Assembly: GCA_030264375.1 (NCBI GenBank)
Contig: JASCQW010000154.1
Location: 16,674,218 to 16,738,217 of the forward strand
Length of the DNA stretch: 64,000 nt
Reading direction: 5' to 3'
From: Carcharhinus longimanus
Taxonomy: Eukaryota
Shown: in pieces, positions 1-11,989 of the stretch
Numbering within the stretch: the stretch's first letter is position 1
Layout: each line of letters opens with the position of its first letter
Translations under genes and position numbers: made by a program
The notes under the pieces: model-generated
Seen by the model: the letters and a program-made list of their open reading frames with translations, nothing else
What the model was told of the DNA's origin: nothing
Database searches by the model: none

Positions 1-337
1 CCACATCCACAGGTTCCCCATTGTCCACTGCACATGTAATGTTCTCAAAGAATTCCACCAAATTAGTCAAACATGACAAATAATAAATCAAATGACAGTA
101 ATAAATCAAATCAAAAGCAAGGCAATGTTGGAAGCAGTTGAGCAGCTGCATTGTGCCTAGCTGCCAGTCTGGGACACAGTTCAGGAGATGCATTAACGAT
201 CCAGTCAGGAAGAATGAGGACATTTATTGATTCATCGACATGCTGTGGCTTAAAGCCATTCTCCTCTCACCCATCCACGTATCCACCTCATCATTCCATT
301 ACTTCAGCAGCAGCACAGCTTTCAGTTTCTTTGATAG

Positions 338-525
338 ACACAGAAAATGCTGGATAAACTCAGCAGATCTGGCAATATCCATGGAGAGAGAAACACGGTT
401 AAGGTTTTGAGTCTGTATGGCCCTTCTGCAGTTCAAATAGGCTCGAAACGTTAACTGTGTTTCTCTCTCCACAGATGCTACCAGGCCTGATGAGTCTATC
501 CAACATTTTCTGTCTTCATTTCAGA
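338..525. mobile_element. Palindromic Penelope-like (inverted pLTR-type) element
   Basis: Arm cagaaaatgctggataaactc...gagagagaaacacggttaa is inverted relative to ttaactgtgtttctctctcc...ccaacattttctg. Related copies at ~24735-24820, 47075-47225 and 51940-52075. Confidence 0.6.
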
Positions 526-527
526 TG

Positions 528-880
528 AGGGAGGCGATGGCCAAGTGGAATAAGTGCAAGACTATTAATCCAGACATTTAGCCAACGTTTTGGGACCCGG
601 ATTCGAATCCTGTGATGGCAGATTGTGGAAGTTGAATTCAATAAAAAATATCTGGAATTAAATATCTATTGATGACCACGAAACCATTGTCGATTGTTGG
701 AAAAACCCATCTGCTTCACTAAAGTCCTTTAGGAAGGAAATCTGCTATCCTTACCTGGTCTGGCCTACATTTAATTCCAGAGCCACAGCAATGTGATTGA
801 CTCTCAACTGCCCTCAGGCAACAAGAATGGATAATAAATGCTGGCCAGCCAGTGATGTCCTACAAATGAATAAAAAAAAT
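528..880 (+). mobile_element. tRNA-derived SINE, family 2 (CR1-group LINE tail)
   Basis: A box tggccaagtgg, B box gattcgaatcc, and a tail aataaatgctggccagccag...aaaaaaa shared with the LINE at 38745-39475. Confidence 0.85.
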
Positions 881-1182
881 CCACAGTGCTTTTGTTTTTA
901 TTTCACTTTCTATGCATTTCTTCACATCCCCATTTATCCATCACGTCATTGTCTTGATAACTGGATCCTAAGACAGAGGCCAAGTACATCTTAGCCGTCA
1001 GAACAACCTGCCTCTCTCTCTGCTGAAGCTCTATGGGATGTACCATGCAGAAGTAATGAGAAGCAGAAGTTAAAGAAATTGTAATTTACCAAAGTATTAA
1101 TGCACATGGGTGACTGACAAAATGTTCTTATTTTATATGCCCCTTCTTTCTACAGTGGCATATAAAATTTATTGATTAGATC

Positions 1183-1480
1183 ATAGAATCCTAAGTGCAG
1201 AAGGAGACCATTTGGTCCATCATGTCTGCACCAACCACAATCCCACCCAAGCCTTCTCCCCATAACCCCTTGCATTTACCCTAGCTAGATGCCCCTGGCT
1301 AAAGGGCAATGTAGCATGGCCAATCCACATAACCTACACATCTTTGGACTATGAGAGGAAAATCGGAGCATCCGAGGAAACCAATGCAGACACGCGGAGA
1401 ATGTATAGACTCCACACAGACAGTGACCCAAGCTGGGAATCGAATCTGGGTGAGGCAGCAGTGTTAACCACTGTGTCACC
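1183..1480 (-). mobile_element. HE1-type V-SINE, CR1/HER1-type tail
   Basis: Reverse complement of the tRNA head gtggttaacactgctgcctca, the conserved core, and a tail ending ctgcac...ttctatga. Confidence 0.88.
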
Positions 1481-1740
1481 TTGCACATTAATGCATTCCG
1501 AGTGCAAACTCCTTTTCATGTGTTTAATGCTGAATGTCAGTATGTTACAAGATCCATGGGGTGGATGAGTGGTTCCAGGATTGTTTGATGCAAAGCAAGG
1601 GGCTTGGGTGATGCGGAGGGAGTGTGAGATTGCTGTGATTTTATTTGTTATTTATAACAATCAAAGTAATTCACTGAACCTTACAGCTGGGAAGGCAATA
1701 CCAGGGATAATGAAACTGGCCACCCTGCAACTGCAACTGT

Positions 1741-1970
1741 GGGGTGGCGATGACCTAGTGGTATTATCACTAGATTATTAATCCAGAAACTCTGCTAATG
1801 TTCTGGGGATCTGGATTTGAATCCTGCCATGGTGGAATTTGAATTCAATAAAAAAAATCTGGAATTATGAATCCACTGATGACCATGAAACCCTTGTCGA
1901 TTGTCAGAAAAACCCATCTGGTTCACTAATGTCCTTTAGGGAAGGAAATCTGCCGTCCTTACCTGGTCTG
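1741..1970 (+). mobile_element. SINE family 2, truncated by a gap
   Basis: Colinear with 528-760. Confidence 0.85.
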
Positions 1971-3329
1971 NNNNNNNNNNNNNNNNNNNNNNNNNNNNNN
2001 NNNNNNNNNNNNNNNNNNNNNNNNNNNNNNNNNNNNNNNNNNNNNNNNNNNNNNNNNNNNNNNNNNNNNNNNNNNNNNNNNNNNNNNNNNNNNNNNNNNN
2101 NNNNNNNNNNNNNNNNNNNNNNNNNNNNNNNNNNNNNNNNNNNNNNNNNNNNNNNNNNNNNNNNNNNNNNNNNNNNNNNNNNNNNNNNNNNNNNNNNNNN
2201 NNNNNNNNNNNNNNNNNNNNNNNNNCATTGTTTTTGTAACTGGTCGGCGCAACATCGTGGGCCGAAGGGCCTGTTCTGCGCTGTAATGTTCTATGTTCCT
2301 GTGCCTACATGGTGGGGTTCTTCCTAGGTGTCAGGAGCCAGGCTTGAAGGAGTATGTATCTCTTGTCTTCTACCAGCCAGCTCTTCATTCTTGTTCCTGG
2401 AATGAAAAGTTACGAAATGTAGGACTGTTGCATAATGGACGGCATAATGGCACAGTGGTTAGCACTGCTGCTTCACAACGCCCGGACCTGGGTTCAATTC
2501 CAGCCTTGGGGTGACTGCCTGCATGGGTTTGAAATGGGTTGAGCCCTGTTGAGTGCCCTGTCAAACATGGTAGGGGCGGGGTTGAACCTCAGTTAAGGAA
2601 AAAGCCAGACAGAAGTGCCACTTTTGAAGACGGCATCAACAGAAATACTGTTCTATTGATATGCCTAGGTAACAGTGGTTTCTGCCTTCTGTGATCTCTG
2701 GGGGGTTGCCTTCTCGTCCTGTGTCACGCCTTTCCCATGTGCCTGCTGATCTCACCACAGGATGATAATGTTGGCCTGGTTGGAATCAGATTCAAAGGAA
2801 AAATAAAATGATCTGAAAATCTGTTTGAGTCTATTTAATTATCATATAAAATCCTGCGTTTATCGCTGACCAGCCTGTGATCTAGATTATGCTGATTCCG
2901 GTTAGGATCCTTGTACACAGCCAAGCATCTCCCAATGAAATCCAGAACAGGACCCATTGGAGCCAGTTGCTGTTTAGTTTTTATTTCTTTTTTAAATGTA
3001 GTAATCAGCTACACTCCTCCCACAAAACTAACCCCTTCAGTGTGTGATGAAACTTATCTATTTTTCATCCCGAAGGAAAAAAAGCAGTAAAACAGGGAAA
3101 TGAGAATACTGGTCTGAACTGTTTTACTTCCTTCTGGGAATGTAGCTAAATGAAGAAATAATTGACTAATTCATTGAGATAAGAGTATCATGGACCAGGA
3201 TGATCCATCCATTCATGTGTTACTGAGTGAATGGATTCAACCCATGCATCGTCTCCTGCAATGTTTCCAACCCCAGCTCTGCCTCACAAAAAAAATCTGC
3301 TTAGAAGCCAGTGAAAGTTTTAAAGTCTT

Positions 3330-3590
3330 TTAAAGTTTATTTATTCATGTCACAAGTAGGCTTACATGAACACTGCAATGAAGTTACTGTGAAAATCTCT
3401 TACATTGAGGGAGAATTTAGCACGGCCTAACCAGCACGTCTTTCGGACTGTGGGAGGGAACTGGCGCACCCAGAGGAAACCCATGCAAATACAGGGGGAA
3501 CATGCAGACTCCACAATGACAGTGACCCAGGCTGGGAATCGAACCTGGGTCCCTGGCGCTGAGAGACAGCAGTGCTACCGTACCGTACCT
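3330..3590 (-). mobile_element. HE1-type SINE, alternative (B) tail
   Basis: Core plus tail cagtaacttcattgcagtg...cctacttgtgaca...aataaactt on the minus strand. Confidence 0.85.
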
Positions 3591-5774
3591 TGTCCATGTG
3601 ACTTGTTCATTACAAAAGAAGGGAAATCAAGGGGAATATTGCAGGCGATTGTCCCCATCCCAACTTCGAACAGCCAGCTCAGAGACAAGACCTCCAAAGA
3701 CACCCAAGGCTGGAAGATCCTTTCATAAGAACATAAGAAATAGGAGCAGGAGTAGGCCATCTAACCCTTCGAGCCTGCCCCACCATTCAATAAGATCNNN
3801 NNNNNNNNNNNNNNNNNNNNNNNNNNNNNNNNNNNNNNNNNNNNNNNNNNNNNNNNNNNNNNNNNNNNNNNNNNNNNNNNNNNNNNNNNNNNNNNNNATT
3901 CAATAAGATCATGGCTGATCTGTCATGGCTCAGTTCCACATTCCCGCCCTCTCCCCATAACCCTTAATCCCCTCACTTGGAGATCTGAAGACATTAGGAT
4001 TAAGCATGTTTTAAAATAGGATATGAAAGAAAAAGTTGAGTACAAAGCTAAAACTCCTTTAGTCAGGCATCCCTCAGTGACTGCTGACTCACACCCATTC
4101 CTTGGGAATATTATCTCTATGAGCTATGTGTAATGAAATCATGAATGCATTCTTTATTAACGGGTTTGCAATTCCATTACACAATGCACAGAGGAAATCT
4201 TAACTCCTTAGTAGGTGTTCACTTGCTGTAGATGATAATCAAGATGCTCCCAATTTTCGCCTGGCAGTGCTATTTCCTGAGGCAATTTCTTCTCTTAACT
4301 GGCACTATAATTTTAAGCAGCAGTGGGTTTTATGGAGGCCACATTTTTGCCCACCTAACACTGGAGGAGGTCTCCAGTTTATCATTGCAACATCTGCTGT
4401 GAATCTGCTCACCAGCCTTTTCCTTTCAACTCTTAATTTTATAAATAGTTTGTGGGCTGAAGCTAGGTATTTGCAAACTTCAAGATGGGGAGAGAGAAAG
4501 AGGTGGGGAGACCTGTTACTTTAAAACTCCCTTCTGGCTAAATGTATAGGGCTGGTGAAGAGAGACCCTAAGAGTGTCCTCCAAAAAAAAAAAGAAAAAT
4601 TATTCCTGCTACACTCGCTATTCTTTGCTCACTGTATAAAAAGTCCACAAGACATTTCTTCCTACATTGTGCACAATAAACTGTGCCACAAGCATTTCCA
4701 TTTCTCCGCAGAGTTCTCCAGTCTCTTGCTGTGTCCATGCACAAGCATCAAAACATTGCAATAAATCAGAATTGCTGGGCGTCTGTTGTTAATAGCAAGT
4801 ATATGGTGCAGGCACACTAACTGCAGTAGGCATGCTGCTGCTGCACTGAGAGGCATTATGTTTGTATGTGGGATGAATATGTTGCTAGGCAGCAAGATAC
4901 AGCAAAGATGCTCATAATGTCTTGTCTCCATCCAGCTGCGATGAATATTATCATGTCTTAGTTAAGCATGGAGGCAGGAACAGCATTTCGTTTGAATTTT
5001 GAGTAACCTCTGACATAATTGCAGCTCCCGTGTTCATACCGGTTAAGGCCCTTTTCTGAATGTGACATTTCTGGATTTACGGCGAAACCGCAATTTAAAG
5101 TCTCCCGAATTGCAGGAAACGTAACATTTACTTTATTCCAACAATGCTATTAACTCCGTTTTGCTGCATCTAAACAGCTACTTGACGTTTGACATTGGTG
5201 TATGATTGCGTTATCAGAGAATGCTGGAAAGGCCAAGGGATGTACACATGACTTGCCTTATAAATCTTCATTTAACTTTGATAAACCATTATAACCACCA
5301 AGCAAGTCATCTAGTTAAGAAGTTTATGGCTCCCTATTAGGATGGTCATTAAATAACTATTAGAAAACAATACTGCCATCCACCATTGAAGTATTTAATG
5401 AGTTAACACCAATCATCAAATACTCATTATGTTTTAGGCAATAAATTCATTCAGGCTTTGAAACCTTCTGTTCTGGGTGTCTCTCCCTAAACCTGCAGAA
5501 AGCAAGTGCTTTTCAGCATCTCACAGACACATCCTTTGTGATAAAGATAAAAGTTTAATAACGTCAAATTTCTTCTTAAAACTTAAGTTGATAATTTAAA
5601 TCACAATATTAGACTTTCTGCATTCTCTAAAAATATTTCCAATTAATAGTTATGAAGATTTTAGATCCATTTTAGAATTGAAGTTTAATAACACGCAACA
5701 GCCTGATATAGGGAATTATCTAACTCTTAATATTGCCAATGATGTGAAAATGCCAGTGTTGGACTGGGATGGAC

Positions 5775-5850
5775 ACAGTTAAAGTCCAACAGGTTTATTT
5801 GGAATCACAAGCTTTGAGTCCTGATGAAGGAGCAGTGCTCTGAAAGCTCA
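5775..5850 (+). mobile_element. Penelope-like fragment with a minimal hammerhead motif (resumes at 6518-6570)
   Basis: CTGATGA-aGGAGCagtGCTCT-GAAA-GC-TC at 5821-5849. A homologous minus-strand copy lies at 16575-16653. Confidence 0.65.
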
Positions 5851-6517
5851 TCATAGAGTCATAGAGGTTTGCAGCATGGAAACAGGCCCTTCGGCCCAAC
5901 TTGTCATGCCACCTTTTTTTTAAAGCCCCTAAGTTAGTCCCAATTGTCCACATTTGGCCCATATCCATTTATACACATCTTACCCATGTAACTGTCTAAA
6001 TGCATTTTAAAAAGACAGAATTGTACCTGCCACTACTACTACTTCTGGCAGCTTGTTCCAGACACTCATCACCACTGTGTGAAAAAATTGCCCTTCTGGA
6101 CCCTTTTGTATCTTTCCCCTCTCACTTTAAACCTATGCCGTCTNNNNNNNNNNNNNNNNNNNNNNNNNNNNNNNNNNNNNNNNNNNNNNNNNNNNNNNNN
6201 NNNNNNNNNNNNNNNNNNNNNNNNNNNNNNNNNNNNNNNNNNNAATCTATGCCGTCTAGTTTTAGACTCCCCTACCTTTGGGAAAAGATATTGACTATCT
6301 AGCTGATCTATGCCCCTCATTATTTTTATGGACCTCTATTAGATCACCCCTAAGTCTCCTACGCGCCAGGAAAAAAAGTCCCAGTCTATCCAGTCTCTCC
6401 TTATAACTCAAAGCATCAAGTCCTGGTGGCATCCTAGTAAATCTTTTCTGCACTCTTTCTAGTTTAATAATATCCTTTCGAGAATACGCTGACCAGAACT
6501 GTACACAGTATTCCACT
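5851..6517 (-). mobile_element. CR1 (HER1-like) LINE 3' fragment
   Basis: EYCVQFWSAYSRKDIIKLERVQKRFTRM...LRGDLIEV...KGNFFTQ, typical CR1 ORF2 C-terminus, followed by a (ctatgact)n tail. Confidence 0.92.
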
Positions 6518-7244
6518 TGTAATTCCAAATAGATTGCTGGAATTGAACCTGGTGTTGTGAGACTTCTTACCATATTAATGCTGCAAAATATTTGCACTCG
6601 GCCTGCTTAATCAAGTTGAATGGTCATTATGTTGGCGTTTTCTCCTTTCATTTGCCTTTATCCATTTTTTTGACCACTGAGCTACACAGCCTCACTCCAG
6701 CTTTAAAAACCTCCCCAAATCCCACTTCTTGGATCTAGTTTGCAATTAGCCGTCTTATTCTTCTCCTTCCTGGCATCCATTTTTTTTGATGCTTGTACCT
6801 GCACGATACGTGGACTGACCCATCATTGTCACTGCCCAGGGGAGAAGTGGGGGGGCGGCAGGACCTACCCACATTTGCAACACTTAACAACCTGTGACCT
6901 TGCAGTGGTTGGCAGAGCATAGCAACATTCTTCTGCAAGAAGACTGCAGAACAAAACACTTGTTTATATTCTAGCCAGGGAGCAGGAAGAAAATATCTTT
7001 ATATCCCCATCAGCCTAGTTATTTCATAATACTGTTTTTTCTTTCCTCCTTGTTTTTCAAAATGGACAATAGCTGGGTTAATAAAAAAGGCTGAACGCAT
7101 GCTGCCTTCTGGAAGTTTCTGAGCAGCTTGAAAGTCAACAAAGGCTAACACCTCACACCACAAGGAACGTAACATTCCAGCCAAGGCAACACAATCGATT
7201 AGCAGATGAGTTGTCAGCCCCAACCAGCTGCTTGTGACCCCTAC

Positions 7245-7360
7245 AGTGGGAGTTTCCAGCCACACTCACCCCAAGATTGGAAAGTACCACCGAGGTCAAT
7301 AGGCCTGTGTTCCGCCCCCTACAATTCCCATGGCAGGCAGGACAGGAAGATTCCGCCCCT
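7245..7360. mobile_element. Short MITE-like element (PIF/Harbinger-like, inferred)
   Basis: Imperfect terminal inverted repeats gtgggagtttcc...ggaagattccgcccc. Homologous in reverse orientation to 48615-48722. Confidence 0.55.
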
Positions 7361-7489
7361 AATCTCCAACGTGGTGTTAATGGCCCCACTGTTACCTGCC
7401 TGTTTACAATAAGTTTCAACCAAGGGCCTTGTTAGCTGAATAGCTGAACCCAAAACCATTCTGGCACATTACCAAGATCTGAGCTGCGG

Positions 7490-7830
7490 GTGGCATGGTG
7501 GCACAGTGGTTAGCACTGCTGCTTCACAGCTCCAGGGACCCGGGTTCAATTGCCAGCTTGGGTCACTGTCAGTGAGGAGTTTGCATGTTCTCTCTTTGTC
7601 CGTGTGGGTTTCCTCCGGGTGCTCCGGTTTCCTCCCACAGTCCAAAGATGTGCAGATTAGGTTCATTGCCCATGCTAAATTGCCCCGTAGTGTCTCAGGA
7701 TGCGTAGGGTAGGGGGATTAGTGGGATAAATATGTGGGGTTATGGGGATGGGACCTGAGTGGGATTGTGGTTGGTGCAGACCCAATGGGCTGAATGGCCT
7801 CCTTCTGCACTGTAGAGATTCCATGATCTC
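7490..7830 (+). mobile_element. HE1-type V-SINE, full length, CR1-type tail
   Basis: A box tggcacagtgg, B box ggttcaattgc, core, and tail gggctgaatggcctccttctgcactgtag. Confidence 0.92.
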
Positions 7831-8079
7831 CNNNNNNNNNNNNNNNNNNNNNNNNGTCTTCCTCCCTTTGCTGTTCCTAATCTCTACCCACAACGATTCC
7901 ACGTTCTGCTCCTTGGCTCCAATATCATCCCTAGCAGCTAAAGCTAAAGAACTCTGTCCAGGTAAACTGCAAACTACTGGAACATTAGAACTTCTGGATT
8001 TGTGCCTTTTAGTACTAATTCAACTCTACATGCTGTTTCCCTTCATGGAAGTTCTCACTTCTGGAAATTCAGATCATCC

Positions 8080-8445
8080 TTTTTTATATATTCATTCTTG
8101 GGACACAGGCATCCCTGGCTGGCTGGCATTTATTACCCATCCTCAGTTGCCCATGGAGGGCAGTTGAGAGTCAACTACACTGCTGTAGTTCTGGAGTCAC
8201 ATGTAGGCCAAGCCAAGTAAGGATGGCAGATTTCCTTCCGTCAAGGACATTAATGAATCAGATAGGTTATCCTGACAATCGGCAATGGTTTCATTGTCAT
8301 CAGTAGATTCTTAATTCAAGAAATTTTTTGTTGAATTCAAATTCCACCATTTGCCACAGTGGGATTTGAACATGGGTCCCCAGAACATTAGCTGATTTTC
8401 CAGATTAATAGTCAAGCAATAATACAACTAGGCCATTGCCTCCCT
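8080..8445 (-). mobile_element. SINE family 2
   Basis: Reverse complement of 528-880. Confidence 0.87.
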
Positions 8446-8782
8446 CAAAATTCAACCTGCTACCCTGTGAAGGAATGCAGCAGTGGATTCTGATTTTGGA
8501 CTCATGCTAAACCATAATTTTAATTTTTATCACAGTCTTATCCTATAACCCTTTCTTTCCCTAATCCCTTTTTTATTGTATGAGTACAAAAGAAGTGAAT
8601 GTTGCAAAACCCCTTTTCTGCATTTTGAGTGTGTGTAAATTGAACCAAACTCTCATTTTATCTTACCTTGGGTTTGCTGTGGGAACATTAACAGAGGATT
8701 GGAACACTCCAAACTGAAGGTCTGGAGAAAATACACCATCATTCTTAAACAGGGAAATCAGAAATCAAAGGTACTCTTGCAC

Positions 8783-9083
8783 TGATGTTCATCCAGCAAT
8801 AAGGATACCTCAGTAGCAAATAATAAAAAAACTAACTTCACAAAAGTAAATCAAATAGAAGATTTAATAAAGAAACTTCATTACACTATCACTAGGCCCA
8901 TAACCTGGACCATAAATGCCCCCCACAATTGCCACCTGCTTTCTATTTATACCAGGTCAGCTGACCACTACACCGCTTTGCCATTGGTTACATATCTACC
9001 GGGTCAGCTGACCTTCACAGCATGTTATCATTGGTTACATTATAACAGATTCCAAAGTTAACATTGATTACATGATGACAACA
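8783..9083 (-). mobile_element. Solo LTR (Gypsy-like, inferred)
   Basis: Minus strand runs TGTTGT...ACATCA with two CCAAT boxes, TATAAATAG (8943-8951) and ATTAAA (8863-8868) in LTR order. The TSD is only partial (tgcac/ggtac). Confidence 0.65.
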
Positions 9084-9149
9084 GGTACTGAGGGAAGAAA
9101 TCAGAACCATTTAAGTTAATCCTCCCCTTTGTCCGTAACAATGCATGGA

Positions 9150-9545
9150 ATTTAGAAAGCGTCTTTTATACAGCCACTTTGGAAGTGGTCCCGTAGCAAA
9201 TTTATGCAGAGCGAAGTCCCACAAACAATAAGATGCTGGTGAGAAAATAATCTGTTGGTTGGCAGATAAAGATTCACAGAATCGCAGAACTGTTACAGTG
9301 CAAAAGGAGGCCATTTGGCCCATCATGTCTACACCACTGTTGTCCAAGATATTGAGGTGAATACTTGTGTTCTTCTTTGATATAGTGCCACGGAATATTT
9401 CATGTCCATCTGAAAGGACAGTCTAACTGCTCACCCCAGAAAACAGCACCTCCAACAGTGCAGACCTCCTTCAGTACCACACTGGAGCATCAGTCTACGT
9501 TTGCCACTCAAGTCTCAGGAATACAATTTAAACCAGCAATCTCTG
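9150..9545 (-). mobile_element. Deu-domain SINE (SacSINE1/AmnSINE1-like), degraded
   Basis: Reverse complement contains gtactgaaggaggtctgcactgttggaggtgctg...cgtggcactatatcaaagaaga...ttgtgggactt. Homologous to 50225-50680. Confidence 0.7.
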
Positions 9546-9566
9546 AGATGTTAGAGGCACAAATTG

Positions 9567-9810
9567 GTGGCACGGTNNNNNNNNNNTTGCACATTCTTCT
9601 CGTGTCTGCATGGGTTTCCTCTGGGTGATCCAGTTTCCTCCCACAGTCCAAAGATATGCAGGTTAGGTTGATAGGTCATGGTAAATTGCTCGTTAGTGTC
9701 AGAGTGATCAGCAGGGTAAATACACAGAGTTAAGGGGGATTGGGCCTGGCTGGGATTGTCAGTGCAGGCTTGATGGGCTGAATGGACTGTACGGATTCTG
9801 TGATTCTATA
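9567..9810 (+). mobile_element. HE1-type SINE, CR1-type tail, with gap
   Basis: Core and tail match other copies. Confidence 0.85.
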
Positions 9811-10198
9811 GATCTATTCGAAATGCAACCAACTGAGCCACAGCTGATAATGTGTGCACAATGCTTAAATGAATAGCATTGAAATCCACACACGTGTCAT
9901 AATCCATCATCGCAAATATTAGCATATTCGACAGAAAGAAGACTGTGAGTGGGATAATAAACCCTACACCATCCTTAGTAAGCTCCTATTGTTACTGCCA
10001 CTGTTTCAAAGTGCTCACATTTTGAATGGCAGAAGCCATGCAGGTGGATTATGGAGACAATGGAGACAGACATCAGAGATCACCATGGAGAGTGTATAGC
10101 TCTGGAGCACAGCAGACAGATGAGCAGCAGATTAGGCCAGGCGGAGTAGCTAAAAGAATGAACATCAGTGAGGTTCAAGAAGCCAGCAAACCTTTGCA

Positions 10199-10495
10199 GG
10201 GTGGCACAGTGGTTAGCACTGCTGCCTCACAGCAACAGGGACCCAAGTTTGATTCCAGGCTTGGGTCACTGTCCGTGTGGCGTCTGCACATTGTCCCCAT
10301 GTCTGCATGGGTTTCCTCCGGATACTCTGATTTCCTCCCACAGTCTGAAAGACATGCTTATTAGGTGTATCGGCCATGCTAAATTCTCCCTTAGTGTGCG
10401 TGAATAGGTGCAAGAGTGCAGCGACAAGGGGATTTCTCAGTAATTTCATTGCAGTGTTAATGTAAGCCTACTCGTGACACTAATAAATAAACGTT
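10199..10495 (+). mobile_element. HE1-type SINE, B tail, full length
   Basis: A and B boxes, core, and tail ...gtaagcctactcgtgacactaataaataaac. Confidence 0.9.
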
Positions 10496-11989
10496 AGCCT
10501 TTATCACCATTTGAAAGTAAGCATCTGCTTATTACAATAAAGCAGTTGTTTCAAACTGTATTTGATTTATTATTGTCACATTTATTGGGAGATGGTGAAA
10601 AATATTGTTTCTTGCACGCATATCATTCATAGAGTAACATGGGGGAGAAAGAAAGGAGAGTGTACAGAATATAGTGCTGCAGTTACAGGTAGGATATACA
10701 GAAAGATCAGCTTAACTTAAAGTAACTTCATTGCAGTGTTTATGTAAGCCTACTTGTGATACTAATAAATATGAATTTCGGTGTAGGGAAAAGATGCAGA
10801 TTCTTTCAAATAACTGCATGCACCTCACTCACTTGTTGTGATTCTCAGATACAATCCTTTGCTGTGAAAAGTTGCATATCACTTTTTGAAGACATATTAA
10901 CAAGAAACGTTTGCCAATAGCCAAACCATGGGGAGTAGGCAATAGAAGAGCCTGAGCTGGATAGCAACATTTTGATTTCCCTCAACTGTTCAAGTTACAT
11001 TTATTGTAATTCACAGACATATTCCAATATATATAAATAAACAATGGAGATAAATTATAAATATTTATACCTGAATAGATCACAGCGATGTACCATGAAT
11101 CTTGACAGCAACATGGACACACATACCATTTTTAAGTTCAGACCTGTCATGTTCTGACTGGGAAATATTTACCTGAAAATTAGGAATGATTTGCTCTTTT
11201 AAGATGTCTGAGCTCACATCAATTATTCAGAGATGAGCAAACAATTTTGCAAAGGGAATGAATGATATTCCACTCCAATTAAAATACACCAAATCATATC
11301 ATGTGGGGTATACTGATCTCCGGAGAGTTTGCTAGATTGAGCTGGATGAGTTCAGAGTCAGGGCTTCATGTCTTGTTTTGTGGGCCATCATTGGAGGCAC
11401 TTACGCAGATGGAGGCGCGGGGAACCTCTAGTGCAAGTGGGACTGGGATGGCAAAGGAGGGGGGGGGGGTAATTTCACCATTACAAGCCTTTATCTTGCC
11501 TGCTGCTTGCTTCCCATCGTTTGTGAATATGCGATGACGTGCAAGAAATTTAATGAGCCAGAGTTCTTTGCTGTGCTTGCCGGCAACAGCGCAGAGACAA
11601 TGGAAAAAGAGGAAGGCATGAAAAGCTGTCGACCTCTCCAGAGAATGAAACAAGTGTAAGGGAGTATGTCAGGAAGTCAGATTAGACAGATACAGTAACA
11701 AGGGAAATAGATAACACAGAAATGGCTGAAAGGAGGCAAAAACAGATGTGAAAGGTATCGGTGGATACCGTCGAAACTGAATTGCAAATAAAAGTTGATC
11801 ATTAGGGAGGAGGTCAGGGTTAAGAGATTGAGGAGGACAAGTGAAAGAGATGGGGAGAATACATGGGGGAAATCTAAACTAAACCTAACTACAAAAATTG
11901 TATCTAGATGGAGATTTTGCATTTACTCTCCTTGTTCAGATCACATCTGAATGAGTTACTGATGTAAATATGAATAAAGTGGATATTTT

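Noticed and set aside
3786-3910. Direct repeats around gaps (also 6130-6260 and 54440-54550)
   Set aside because: Identical short sequences on either side of 100-N gaps are scaffolding artefacts.
7490-7570. tRNA genes (A/B boxes at many sites)
   Set aside because: All are SINE heads followed by SINE cores.
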